DNA of 64,000 nucleotides from an uncultured Actinomycetes bacterium (GCA_963742735.1 CAVUMN010000003.1:640001-704000); one strand, 5' to 3'. Numbered from the stretch's first letter, positions 9,404 through 20,299 are shown. The notes: generated from the letters alone by a model not told the origin. Numbers and translations are program-made.

Positions 9404-10740
9404 GTGGGCCGATACCTGATCCGCACCTTCGGGTGCCAGATGAACGAGCACGACTCCGAGCGGATCGCCGGGCTCCTCGAGGCGGACGGGATGGTTCCCA
9501 CCGACGAGGCGGCCGAGGCCGAGGTCGTCGTCCTCAACACCTGCGCCGTCCGCGAGAACGCCGACAACCGCCTCTACGGGAATCTCGGACGCCTTCGGCC
9601 GCTCAAGCTCGAGAACCCCCGCATGCGCATCGTGGTGGCCGGATGCCTGGCCCAGAAGGACCAGGGCGAGATCCAGCGCCGGGCTCCGTGGGTCGACGTC
9701 GTCATCGGAACCCACGCCCTGCCCCGGCTGCTGGAGCTGATACGACGAGGCGGAGCGCGACGGGCCCCAGATGGACGTCCGCGAATACACCGAGGTGTTT
9801 CCCTCCGCGCTTCCGGCGCGGCGAGCGTCCCGCCACCACGCGTGGGTATCCATCGCCACCGGTTGCGACAACCACTGCACGTTCTGCATCGTCCCCCTGG
9901 TTCGCGGTCCTCAGCGATCGCGGGCGATCGGCGACGTCCTCGCCGAGGTCCAGGGCCTCGCCCGTGACGGGGTCCTCGAGGTCACGCTCCTGGGCCAGAA
10001 CGTCAACACCTACGGACGCGACCTGACGATCCCCGGCTCGGGCTCCCGGCCGCAGTTCGGCCGCCTGCTGCGCGAGGTCGATGCGATCGAGGGCATCCGC
10101 CGGATCCGATTCACCAGCCCGCATCCACACGACTTCACCCCCGACGTGATCGAGGCGATGGCCGAGAGCGCCTCGGTGTGCGAGCACATCCACTTCCCGT
10201 TGCAGTCCGGCTCCGACCGTGTGTTGCGCGAGATGCAGCGGTCGTACCGGGCCGGCCGGTATCTGGGCTGGCTCGAGCGGATCCGAGCGGCCATCCCCGA
10301 CGTCGCCGTCACCACCGACATCATCGTGGGATTCCCGGGCGAGACCGAGGCCGACTTCGGGGACACCCTTCGCGTCGTCGAGGAGGCGCGGTTCGACGCC
10401 GCCTTCACCTTCCAGTACTCGCCGCGCCCGGGGACCGCGGCGTTCGGCCGGGAGGACCTGGTGCGGCCCGACGCGGTGCGCGATCGGTTCGATCGCCTGG
10501 TGGAGCTCCAGGAGCGGATCTCGCTCGAGCGCAACCGTGCGCTACGAGGGCCGGGTCGTGGAGGTCCTTGCGGAGGGTCGCGGGCGCAAGGGCGGGCCCA
10601 GGCCCGGACCCGGACGAACCTCGTCGTCAACGTCGCGGAGCCCCTCGAGCCGGGCACGTTCTCCGAGGTCCGGGTCACCGCGGCCCATCCACACCATCTC
10701 GATCGGCGACCCTGCTGGAGCCCGTCCCGCGTCCCGGCGT
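9404..10740 (+). CDS. miaB: tRNA methylthiotransferase MiaB (frameshifted; end approximate)
   Basis: [20 protein letters not shown] radical SAM motif, TRAM-like C-terminus. Confidence 0.93.
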
Positions 10741-11655
10741 CCCGAGGTACGCGCTCGTCGGCCCGACCGCCTCCGGCAAGACCGACGCGGCCCTCGCCCT
10801 CGCCGCCCGGCCTCGGCGCCGAGATCGCTGAGCATCGACTCCATGCTCGTCTACCGGGGGATGGACGTCGGGACCGCGAAGCCGACGCCGGCGGAGCGGG
10901 CCCGGGTCCCGCACCATCTGATCGACCTCGCCGAACCCGGCGAGACGTTCTCAGTCTCCGTGTTCCAGCGGGACGCCGGTGCCGTGCTCGCCCGGCTGGA
11001 CGCCCGCGGGGTCCCGCCCCTCCTGGTGGGGGGCTCCGGCCTCTACTTCCGCGCGGTCGTCGACGGGCTCTGCGTTCCCGGGGACCGATCCCCGGACCCG
11101 CCGGGAGCTGGAGATCGAGGGCGCGCTGGTCGGGTGCCCCGGCGCTGCACGAGCGCCTTCGCTCGTTCGATCCCGCCGCCGCCGAGCAGATCGAGCCGGG
11201 CAACCTCCGCCGCACCGTCCGGGCCCTCGAGGTCGCGGCGCTCACCGGCCGCCCGTTCTCGTCGTTCGCGGCGGCGTGGGACGAGTATCCGGGCTCCGAG
11301 CTGCGCGCGGCTGGGGTGCACATGGCCGCGCCGGTCCTGTACCGGCGGATCGAGGACCGGGTGGACGCGATGCTGGCGGCCGGTTGGCTGGACGAGGTCC
11401 GCGGCCTGGTGGAACGGGGGTTCGGCGCGTCCCTGACGTCCCGCCAGGCCATCGGCTACGCTGAATTGGTCGCTCACCTCGAGGGCCGGACCTCGCTCGA
11501 CGAGGCCCGGGCCTCCACGATGAAGCGGACCAAGGCGCTCGCCCGCCGGCAGATCGGCGTGGTTCCGGCGGGACCCCCGCATTCGCTGGTACGAAGCGGG
11601 GGAGGGGGGCGCGATGGACGTGATCGAGGACGTGAAGGAGCACTACGGGTCATGA
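10735..11655 (+). CDS. miaA: tRNA dimethylallyltransferase (frameshifted; start approximate)
   Basis: GPTASGKT, DSMLVYRGMDVGTAKP, GGSGLY, AIGY motifs across frames. Confidence 0.9.
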
Positions 11656-12538
11656 GGATCGCGAAGTACCACGGCACCGGGAACGACTTCGTCGTTCGTC
11701 GAGGACCTCGACGACCGCGCGCCCGGCGAGCCCGGCGCTGATCCGGGCCCTGTGCGACCGGCACCGCGGCATCGGCGCCGACGGGCTGATCCGCGTCGTT
11801 CGGGGCACCGAGGGCGACTTCTTCATGGACTACTGGAACCGCGACGGCGAGGTCGCCGCAGATGTGTGGCAACGGCATCCGCTGCCTGGGCAAGTTCGTC
11901 TTCGACCGCGGCCTCACCGACCGTGACGGAGCTCGACGTCGAGACCCGCGCGGGGGTCAAGCATCTGGTCATGGAGACCGACGGCGGCCGCGTGTCGCGG
12001 GTAACGGTCGACATGGGCCCGCCCGCGTTCGAGCTCGGCGAGCTGCCGATGCGGGGCGACCCGGCGTCGACCGTTCCTGGACGGAGCCGTTCGAGGCCGA
12101 CGGCACGGACGTGGCGAGCCTCGGCGGTGTCGATGGGCAACCCGCACCTCGTGGTGCTTCCTCGACCCCGAGCGAGGACCTGGCCGCGCTCGACGTCCCC
12201 CACCTCGGCCCGCAGATCGAGCACGACCCCCGGTTCCCGGAGCGCACCAACGTCGAGTTCGTCCACGCCGTCGACGGCCGGGTGGCCATGCGGGTGTGGG
12301 AGCGGGGCTCGGGCGAGACCATGGCGTGCGGCACCGGCGCGTGCGCGGTGCTGGTCGCCGCCAACCTCGCCGGCCTGGCGAAGCGGCAGTCGGAGATCGA
12401 CGTGCCCGGTGGCGACGCTGTTCATCGACTGGCGGGACGACGACCACGTGTTCCTGTACCGGCCCGGCCGACGTTCGTGTTCGAGGCGGACCTGGACGCC
12501 GCAGTGGGTGCGCGGAGGCGGGGGCGGCGTTCGCGTGA
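11652..12538 (+). CDS. dapF: Diaminopimelate epimerase (frameshifted)
   Basis: [36 protein letters not shown]. Confidence 0.92.
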
Positions 12539-13708
12539 GGGTCGCCCGCCGGATCGAGACGCTCCCGCCGTACCTGTTCGCCGAGCTGGACCGACGACTC
12601 GCGGCCAAGCGCGCCGAGGGCGTCGACGTGATCTCGCTCGGCGTGGGCGACCCCGACTCGCCGACTCCTCGCCACATCGTCAAGGCGATGCAGCGAGGCG
12701 GCGGAAGACCCCGCGCACGCACCAGTACCCGAGCTACTACGGCATGCCCGCGTTCCGAGCGGCCATCGCCGAGCTGGTACGCGACGGCGGTTCGGCGTCG
12801 ACCCTCGACCCCGAGACCCAGGTCATGCCGCTGATCGGGTCGAAGGAGGGACTGGCGCACATCGCCGTCGCGTTCATCGATCCCGGCGACGAGGCGCTGG
12901 TCCCCGACCCGGGCTACCCGGTGTTCGGGATCGGCACGATGCTCGCGGGCGGCACGCCGGTGTCCATGCCCCTCGACGCGCCGAGCGGGTTCCTTCCGGA
13001 CCTGGACGCAGGCGCCCGGTCGGTCCCAACACCAAGGTGCTGTGGCTGAACTACCCGAGCAACCCGACCGCCGCGGTGGCCGACGCTGCCGTTCTTCGAG
13101 CGAGCGGTGGCGTTCGCGCCGTAGCACGACCTGCTGCTGGCCCACGACGCCGCGTACTCGGAGATGACGTTCGACGGGTACGTCGCCCCGCAGCGTGCTG
13201 CAGGTCCCGGGCGCCAAGGACGTCGCGATCGAGTTCGGCTCCGTGTCCAAGACCCACAACATGACCGGCTGGCGGGTCGGCTGGGTGGTCGGCAACGCCG
13301 AGGCGATCCGCGCGCTCGTCGACGTGAAGACCAACCTGGACTCGCGGGATCTGGAACGCGGTGCAGCGGGCGGCCATCGCGGCCCTCGACCGGACCGACA
13401 GGATCACGTCGAGGAGCTGCGCGCCCGTACTCGCAGCGGCGCGACGTGGTCGTCGAGACGCTTCACGCTCGCTCGGCTGGGACGTGAAGCCGCCGCGCGG
13501 GTTCGATCTACGTCTGGGTGCCCACGCCCGAGGGCGAGGGCTCGGCCGAGTTCGCCGACCGGCTGCTCGACTCGACCGGGGTCTTGGTCGCGCCCGGCAG
13601 CGGCTACGGCGCCGCGCGGGCGAGGGCTACTTCCGGGTCTCGCTCACGGTGCCGGACGATCGCCTGGCCGAGGCGATGGACCGCATCCGGGGGGCGCTCT
13701 CCCGCTGA
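12535..13708 (+). CDS. dapL: LL-diaminopimelate aminotransferase-like class I/II PLP aminotransferase (frameshifted)
   Basis: [44 protein letters not shown]. Confidence 0.75.
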
Positions 13709-15051
13709 CCGAGCGAACGGGACGCCGCCGCGGCGTCGCTCCTCGCGCGAGTCGCCGCTCTCCGCGACGTGGCGCCCGGCCGTCCCCGAGCGGGCGGTCC
13801 TGGTCGGCGATCGGCAACGCCGGTCACCTGGAGGAGCTCGCGGCCCTCGCCGACAGCGCCGGCGCCGAGCCCGTCGCCGAGGTGGTCCAGGCGCGCGCCA
13901 GATCCCGACCCCGCCACGTTCGTCGGCAAGGGCACCCTGGAGCGGGTCCACCAGGAGGTCCACGCCTCGCGACGCCGGGCTGGTGATCCTGGACGAGGAG
14001 CTCTCGCCCGGGCAGCTGCGCAACGTGGAGGAGCGGCTGGGCGTGAAGGTGGTCGACCGGACCGCCCTGATCCTCGACATCTTCGCCCTGCACGCGCGGC
14101 AGCCGCGAGGGCAAGGCCCAGGTCGAGCTCGCCCAGCTGAACTACCTGCTGCCCCGCCTCCGCGGCTGGGGCGAGGCCATGTCCCGGCTGGGCGGCGGCA
14201 TCGGCACGCGGCGGTCCCGGCGAGACGAAGCTCGAGGTGGACCGCCAGCACATCCGCCGCCGCATCACGAAGCTTCGCCGCGACATCAAGGACCTCGCCG
14301 GACGCGCGGCCGTGAAGCGCTCGGCCGCGGGAGCGGTCCGGGCGTTCCGCAGATCGCGATCGCCGGCTACACGAACGCCGGCAAGTCGACGCTGCTGAAC
14401 GCGCTGACCGGCCCGGACGTCGTGGTGGCCAACCAGCTGTTCGCCACGCTCGATCCGACCACCCGCCGGCTCGCGCTGCCCGGCGGACGCAAGGCGGCGA
14501 TGTCCGACACGGTCGGGTTCGTCCGCAAGCTGCCCCACGACCTGGTCGAGGCGTTCCGCTCGACCCTCGAGGAGGTCGCGCGCGCGGACCTGATCCTGCA
14601 TGTCGCCGACGCCTCGGCGCCTGAGCGTCGACGAGCAGATCGCAGGCGGTGCGCGACGTCCTGGCCGAGATCGGCGCCGGCCGAGCATCCCGGAGGTCCT
14701 CGCCCTCAACAAGATCGACCGCCTGTCGGCGGTCGATCGTGCGCCGAGTGCGCCGGCGGCACCCGGGCTCCGTACTGGTCTCGGGCCGTACGCGGGAGGG
14801 CCTGGACGACCTGCTGGAGGCGGCCGCGAACGCGCTGCCGTCGCCGCCGGTGGAGGTTCGGCTGCTGGTGCCCCACGACCGTGGCGACCTCCTCGCCCGG
14901 CTGTACCGGGAGGCCGAGGTCCTGGCGGCGGAGGCGGGCCCGGAGGGGACGACCGTCCATGCTCGGGTGGGGGAGCAGCACCTGCCCGCCGTCGGTGAGT
15001 ACCTGCTGAAGCCGGTCTCCACCCGGCGGGACGCGTTCGGGCTCGCGGTAG
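13705..15051 (+). CDS. hflX: Ribosome-splitting GTPase HflX (frameshifted; ends approximate)
   Basis: [38 protein letters not shown]. Confidence 0.92.
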
Positions 15052-15055
15052 CTGC

Positions 15056-15676
15056 CTACCGGAGGGTGCGGAGCACCGCGACCACCCGGCCGAGGATCCG
15101 GCCGTCGGTCATCTCGAACGGGTCCAGGTCCGGGTTCTCCGGGACGAGCATCACGCGACCGTCCTCGCGGCGCAGCCGCTTCACGGTCGCCTCGTCCTCG
15201 GCGAGCCCGGGCAGGAGTGCCGCGACGATCTCGCCGTCGGCGGCCTCGTCCCGTTGCTCGATGACGACCAGGTCCCCGTCGAGGATGCCGGCGCCGATCA
15301 TCGAGTCGCCGGCGACCCGAAGTGCGAACAGTTCGCCGTCGGGGACGAGGCCCTTCGGCAGCGCCAGGTGGTCCTCCACGTGCTCCACGGCCAGGAGCGG
15401 CGTGCCGGCCGCGATGCGCCCGAGGAGGGGGACCGACACCGCGTCGGGGCGGGCTTCCACGGAGGAGCCGTGGACCTCGATGGCCCGCGGCTTGGTCGGG
15501 TCCCGTCGCAGGTAGCCCTTGCGCTCGAGCGCCGAGAGCTGGCTGTGCACGCTCGAGGAGCTGGTGAGGCCCACGGCCTCGCCGATCTCTCGAACGGTTG
15601 GTGGGTACCCGCGCTGGTCGCGGGTCTTTTGGATGTAGTCGAGGATGCGCTGCTGCCGGGTCGTGAGCGTCTCCAT
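15056..15676 (-). CDS. lexA: SOS repressor LexA
   Basis: GYPPTVREIG HTH, IAAG cleavage site, GDSM Ser, ATVK Lys; AGGAGG RBS. Confidence 0.98.
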   Translation of the reverse strand: METLTTRQQRILDYIQKTRDQRGYPPTVREIGEAVGLTSSSSVHSQLSALERKGYLRRDPTKPRAIEVHGSSVEARPDAVSVPLLGRIAAGTPLLAVEHVEDHLALPKGLVPDGELFALRVAGDSMIGAGILDGDLVVIEQRDEAADGEIVAALLPGLAEDEATVKRLRREDGRVMLVPENPDLDPFEMTDGRILGRVVAVLRTLR

Positions 15677-15721
15677 AAGGGCACCTCCTTGGGCGGACGC
15701 TAGCACCGGCCTCCTGCGGAA

Positions 15722-15774
15722 GCAAACACCTGTTCGAATTCGTGCTTGACACCCGAACACACGTTCGTCATACT
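15722..15774. promoter_or_regulatory. Two LexA boxes and promoter between lexA and the LysM gene
   Basis: GCAAACACCTGTTCGA (15722-15737) and CCGAACACACGTTCGT (15753-15768) within TTGACA-N17-CATACT. Confidence 0.88.
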
Positions 15775-15780
15775 CGCCCC

Positions 15781-16083
15781 ATGACTCGAACGCGCGTTCG
15801 ATGGGGACGGCTGAGTGGGCTGGCGGTCACGGCCGCCCTGGCGGTCGCGCTGGCCGGCGGCGTGGCCCGTGCCGGCGACGCGGACGGTCCGTTCCCCGGC
15901 GCGAAGGCCGCCGCGGTTCGCACCTACACGGTCGACCCCGGCGACACCGTGTGGGGGATCGCTCGCGGCCTGGTCGGCTCCGAGGCCGACCCGCGGCCCA
16001 TGGTCGAGCGGATCCTCCGGGAGAACGGGCTGCAGGCCGGGGACCTTCAGGCAGGACAGACCCTCGTCCTGCCGGCCTCCTAG
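15781..16083 (+). CDS. Membrane-anchored LysM protein (ChiZ/YneA-like SOS division inhibitor)
   Basis: TM followed by YTVDPGDTVWGIA LysM; divergent from lexA and under an SOS box. Confidence 0.85.
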   Translation: MTRTRVRWGRLSGLAVTAALAVALAGGVARAGDADGPFPGAKAAAVRTYTVDPGDTVWGIARGLVGSEADPRPMVERILRENGLQAGDLQAGQTLVLPAS

Positions 16084-16085
16084 CC

Positions 16086-16763
16086 TCAGCCCAGTGGCGC
16101 CACCGACTGGACCCCCGGCATCCGCGCCAGCGCACCGATGAGCGCGTCCATCTCCGCCTCGGTCTCCACGCGCACCTCCAGGAGCACCCGCTGCGTGCCG
16201 TCGGCGTCGATCTCGATCTCCGCCCTCAGCAGCCCGAGGGAGGCCTGCCGCGCCGCCGCGACCAGCGCGCCGGCGTCGGCGCCGGGGGCCGCCCGGATGA
16301 CGATGTCCCCCCGGTCGCTGCCCAGGCGGTGGACCCATCGCCGGGCCGGGCGCAGGGCGTACAGCGCCACCAGCGCGATCGCCGTGGCGGCCAGGGCGAG
16401 GTCGTACGCGCCCAGCCCGACCCCGGTCCCGATCGCCGCGACGACCCACAGCCCGGCCGCGGTGGTGAGCCCCCGGATGGTGAGCCCGTCCTTGATGATG
16501 GCGCCTGCGCCCAGGAAGCCGATCCCCACCACGATCTGGGACACGACCCGGCTCGGGTCGAACCGGGTCGGGGTGTCCAGCGCCCCCGCGGCACGGTCGA
16601 TCCCGAACGTCGAGATCAGCGTGAACAGGCAGGCACCGATGGCGACCAGGATGTTGGTGCGCAGGCCGGCGGGCTGCTCGTTGCGCTCGCGCTCGAACCC
16701 GATCGTGGCCCCCAGGAGCGCGGCCAGGAGCAGCCGAAGCAGGTTCTCCACCGTCTCGGACAC
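16086..16763 (-). CDS. MgtC/SapB family protein
   Basis: GFERE...PAGLRT, DPSRVVSQIVVGIGFLGAG, GLTTAA. Confidence 0.92.
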   Translation of the reverse strand: MSETVENLLRLLLAALLGATIGFERERNEQPAGLRTNILVAIGACLFTLISTFGIDRAAGALDTPTRFDPSRVVSQIVVGIGFLGAGAIIKDGLTIRGLTTAAGLWVVAAIGTGVGLGAYDLALAATAIALVALYALRPARRWVHRLGSDRGDIVIRAAPGADAGALVAAARQASLGLLRAEIEIDADGTQRVLLEVRVETEAEMDALIGALARMPGVQSVAPLG

Positions 16764-16798
16764 GTCCGGGGCAGCATACGGGGGGACGGGGGCCGGCG

Positions 16799-16851
16799 TT
16801 GACCCCTCGCCCGGGCTTCGCTACCGTGGCCTCACCACAACATGTTGTGGT
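16799..16851 (+). promoter_or_regulatory. nrdR promoter with NrdR box
   Basis: TTGACC-N17-TACCGT followed by palindrome CCACAACATGTTGTGG (16835-16850). Confidence 0.85.
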
Positions 16852-16864
16852 CGGAGGGGATCAC

Positions 16865-17338
16865 GTGCGCTGTCCGTGGTGCGGGAACCAGGATGACCGG
16901 GTCGTCGACTCCCGGACGGCCGAGGACGGGGTCGCCATCCGCCGCCGGCGCCAGTGCGCCAACTGCGGCCGGCGGTTCACGACCTACGAGCGGGCCGAGG
17001 ACGTCGCGCTGACCGTGATCAAGCGCGACGGCACGAAGATCCCGTACGACCGGGCGAAGGTCATCTCGGGCATCGCCAAGGCCATGACGAACCGGCCGTT
17101 CTCCGATGAGGACGTGGCCCGCATCGCCGACCGGGTGGAGGAGAAGCTCCGCCGCAAGGGCCCCTCGGTCACCACCCAGGACATCGGGCTGGAGGTCCTC
17201 GCCCGCCTGCGCCCGATCGACGAGGTCGCGTACGTGCGCTTCGCCAGCGTCTACAAGGACTTCAAGGAGATCTCGGATTTCGAGCGCGAGCTCGGGATGC
17301 TCCTCCAGAAGCGTCAGCCCGCCAAGAAGTCGCGGTAG
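16865..17338 (+). CDS. nrdR: Transcriptional repressor NrdR
   Basis: CPWC...RRRRQCANC zinc ribbon, ATP cone, VAYVRFASVY. Confidence 0.98.
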   Translation: MRCPWCGNQDDRVVDSRTAEDGVAIRRRRQCANCGRRFTTYERAEDVALTVIKRDGTKIPYDRAKVISGIAKAMTNRPFSDEDVARIADRVEEKLRRKGPSVTTQDIGLEVLARLRPIDEVAYVRFASVYKDFKEISDFERELGMLLQKRQPAKKSR

Positions 17339-17384
17339 TCCACCGGATTTCCACCGCGCGTCCACCGCTCGTACACAGGTTATT

Positions 17385-17468
17385 CCACAACATGTTGTGG
17401 TATTGTATCGGCTCAACCCCAACATGTATGCGAAAAGGGCTTGACGCCCGCGGGGGGATGCGTAGAAT
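17385..17468 (+). promoter_or_regulatory. Tandem NrdR boxes and nrdJ promoter
   Basis: CCACAACATGTTGTGG (17385-17400) and CCCCAACATGTATGCG (17417-17432), starts 32 bp apart; TTGACG-N16-TAGAAT. Confidence 0.85.
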
Positions 17469-17515
17469 CACCGCGCTGTAATTCTTCCTCCTCGATCGGA
17501 AAGGGGAGCCCGACC

Positions 17516-20254
17516 GTGGCCACGAAGGAACGAGACGTCAAGGCCCGCACCACCGGCCTCAGCTTCAAGCGCTACTTCACGAACGAGGGCGTGCACCCGT
17601 TCGACGAGGTGGAGTGGGACACGCGCGACGCGGTGATCCCGAACTTCAAGGAGGGCGGGAACGCGTTCGAGCAGCGCGACGTCGAGTTTCCGAAGTCCTG
17701 GAGCCAGAACGCGACCAACATCGTGGCCCAGAAGTACTTCCGCGGGCAGCTCGGGACCCCGCAGCGCGAGACCTCCGTCCGACAGCTCGTCGGCCGCGTC
17801 GTCGACACCATCACCGGCTGGGGCGTCAAGGACGGCTACTTCGCCTCGGACGAGGACGCGCGCGTCTTCTCCGAGGAGCTCAGCCACCTGATGGTCACCC
17901 AGAAGGCGGCGTTCAACTCTCCGGTGTGGTTCAACGTCGGCGCGGAGGAGCACCCCCAGTGCTCGGCGTGTTTCATCCTCGCCATCGACGACACCATGTC
18001 GTCCATCCTCAACTGGTACGTCGAGGAGGGGACGATCTTCAAGGGCGGGTCCGGCTCGGGCATCAACCTGTCGCCGATCCGCTCCTCCAAGGAGCGTCTG
18101 GGCGGCGGCGGCACCGCCTCGGGCCCGGTCAGCTTCATGCGCGGCGCCGACGCCTCCGCCGGCACCATCAAGTCCGGCGGCAAGACCCGCCGGGCCGCGA
18201 AGATGGTCGTGCTGAACGTCGACCACCCCGACGTCCGCGACTTCGTCTGGTGCAAGGCGGTCGAGGAGCGCAAGGCCCGCGTCCTGCGGGACTCCGGCTT
18301 CGACATGGACCTCGACGGCAAGGACTCGCACTCCATGCAGTACCAGAACGCGAACAACTCGGTCCGGGTGACCGACGAGTTCATGCAGGCGTTCCTGGAG
18401 GACCGCGACTGGAAGCTGAAGGCCGTCATCGGCGGCGAGTCGGTCGAGTCCGTCCGTGCCCGCGACCTGATGCGCGAGATCGCGCAGGCCGCGTGGGAGT
18501 GCGCCGACCCCGGCATGCAGTACGACACGATCATCAACGACTGGCACACGTGCCCGGCCACGGGGCGCATCAACGCCTCGAACCCGTGCAGCGAGTACAT
18601 GCACCTGGACAACTCGGCGTGCAACCTGGCCAGCCTGAACCTGCTGAAGTTCGCCGACGCCGAGGGCAACTTCGACATCCCCGCGTTCAAGCACGCGGTG
18701 GAGGTCCTGTTCACGGCACAGGAGATCATCGTTGGGAACTCCAGCTACCCGACCGAGAAGATCGGCCAGAACGCCAAGGCGTTCCGCCAGCTCGGCATCG
18801 GCTACGCGAACCTCGGGGCCCTGCTGATGGCCCGGGGGCTCCCGTACGACTCCGACGGCGGCCGGGCCTGGGCGGGGGCGATCACCGCGATCATGACCGG
18901 CCATGCCTACCGGACCAGCGCCAGGATCGCCGAGCACACCGGCCCGTACGCCGGCTACGCGCCCAACCGCGACGCGATGCTGCGGGTGATGCGCAAGCAC
19001 CGGTCGGCGGCGGACGAGATCGACGCCGAGCTCGTGCCCGAGGGGCTCCTCCAGGCGGCGAAGACCGCCTGGGACGAGGCCATCACCCTGGGCGAGGAGC
19101 ACGGTTACCGCAACGCCCAGGCGAGCGTGCTGGCCCCGACCGGGACCATCGGCCTGATGATGGACTGCGACACGACCGGCATCGAGCCCGACCTCGCCCT
19201 GGTCAAGAACAAGAAGCTGGTCGGCGGCGGGACCATGCGGATCGTCAACCAGACGGTCCCGCGGGCCCTCCTGCGGCTGGGCTACACCCAGGAGCAGGCG
19301 GACGCGATCGTCGCCTACATCAGCGAGCACAACTCCGTGCTCGACGCCCCGGCCCTGAAGCCCGAGCACCTGCCCGTTTTCGACACGTCCATGGGCGAGC
19401 AGGCCATCCACTACATGGGCCACGTCAAGATGATGGCGGCGGTCCAGCCGTTCATCTCCGGCGCGATCTCCAAGACCGTGAACATGCCCGAGGACGTCAC
19501 GGTCGAGGAGGTCGAGGAGATGTTCGTGGAGGGCTGGCGCCTCGGCCTGAAGGCGGTGGCGATCTACCGCAACAACTGCAAGGTGGCCCAGCCGCTGTCG
19601 GCCGACTCCAAGAAGAAGGACGCGGCGGCGGCCGCGGCCCTGGCCGAGGGGGCTCGCCCCGAGCGCCGGCGCCTTCCCGCCAGCCGTCCCGCCCGGACCA
19701 TCTCGTTCTCGGTGGGCGACGCCGACGGCTACATCACGGCCGGCGAGTACCCCGACGACGGGATCGGGGAGATCTTCCTGAAGGTCGCCAAGCAGGGCTC
19801 CACCCTGGCCGGTGTCATGGACGCCTTCGCGATCTCGGTCTCCCTGGGCCTGCAGTACGGGGTGCCGCTCGAGGCCTACGTCGAGAAGTTCGTCAACATG
19901 CGCTTCGAGCCGAGCGGGATCACCAGCGACCCCGACGTGCGGTTCGCGTCGAGCCTGGTCGACTACATCTTCCGGCGCCTCGCCCTGGAGTACCTGCCGG
20001 AGGACAAGCGGACGGCGCTGGGGATCCGCTCGATCGAGGAGCGCAAGGCCTCCAACGGCAACGGGGACGACGACGCGCCGGTCCAGGCGTCCTACGCCCC
20101 CTCCGCGCCGGTGGAGCTCCCCGTGACCGAGGTCAGCAAGCCGACCTCCAAGGCCCTCGACGCGCCGCTGTGCTACCAGTGCGGCTCGAAGATGCAGCCC
20201 GCGGGGTCGTGCTACGTGTGCGGCTCCTGCGGCGCGACCAGCGGCTGCAGCTAG
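17516..20254 (+). CDS. nrdJ: Class II (B12-dependent) ribonucleotide reductase
   Basis: FNSPVWFN, CSACFI, NPCSEY, APTGTI, C-terminal CxxC...CxxC...GCS. Confidence 0.97.
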   Translation: MATKERDVKARTTGLSFKRYFTNEGVHPFDEVEWDTRDAVIPNFKEGGNAFEQRDVEFPKSWSQNATNIVAQKYFRGQLGTPQRETSVRQLVGRVVDTITGWGVKDGYFASDEDARVFSEELSHLMVTQKAAFNSPVWFNVGAEEHPQCSACFILAIDDTMSSILNWYVEEGTIFKGGSGSGINLSPIRSSKERLGGGGTASGPVSFMRGADASAGTIKSGGKTRRAAKMVVLNVDHPDVRDFVWCKAVEERKARVLRDSGFDMDLDGKDSHSMQYQNANNSVRVTDEFMQAFLEDRDWKLKAVIGGESVESVRARDLMREIAQAAWECADPGMQYDTIINDWHTCPATGRINASNPCSEYMHLDNSACNLASLNLLKFADAEGNFDIPAFKHAVEVLFTAQEIIVGNSSYPTEKIGQNAKAFRQLGIGYANLGALLMARGLPYDSDGGRAWAGAITAIMTGHAYRTSARIAEHTGPYAGYAPNRDAMLRVMRKHRSAADEIDAELVPEGLLQAAKTAWDEAITLGEEHGYRNAQASVLAPTGTIGLMMDCDTTGIEPDLALVKNKKLVGGGTMRIVNQTVPRALLRLGYTQEQADAIVAYISEHNSVLDAPALKPEHLPVFDTSMGEQAIHYMGHVKMMAAVQPFISGAISKTVNMPEDVTVEEVEEMFVEGWRLGLKAVAIYRNNCKVAQPLSADSKKKDAAAAAALAEGARPERRRLPASRPARTISFSVGDADGYITAGEYPDDGIGEIFLKVAKQGSTLAGVMDAFAISVSLGLQYGVPLEAYVEKFVNMRFEPSGITSDPDVRFASSLVDYIFRRLALEYLPEDKRTALGIRSIEERKASNGNGDDDAPVQASYAPSAPVELPVTEVSKPTSKALDAPLCYQCGSKMQPAGSCYVCGSCGATSGCS

Positions 20255-20270
20255 CGGCCGCCGACAGGCT

Positions 20271-20299
20271 CGAGGGGCGGGCCCCCCGCCCGCCCCTCG
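20271..20299 (+). terminator. GC-rich hairpin after nrdJ
   Basis: CGAGGGGCGGGC...GCCCGCCCCTCG inverted repeat. Confidence 0.55.

Noticed and set aside
7404-15051. Pseudogene cluster or programmed frameshifting
   Set aside because: Indels are numerous, scattered and in housekeeping genes with intact motifs; sequencing error is more parsimonious
17516-20254. Intein, intron or cobalamin riboswitch associated with nrdJ (and intein in recA)
   Set aside because: Proteins are of normal length with contiguous motifs, and the nrdJ leader is too short for a riboswitch
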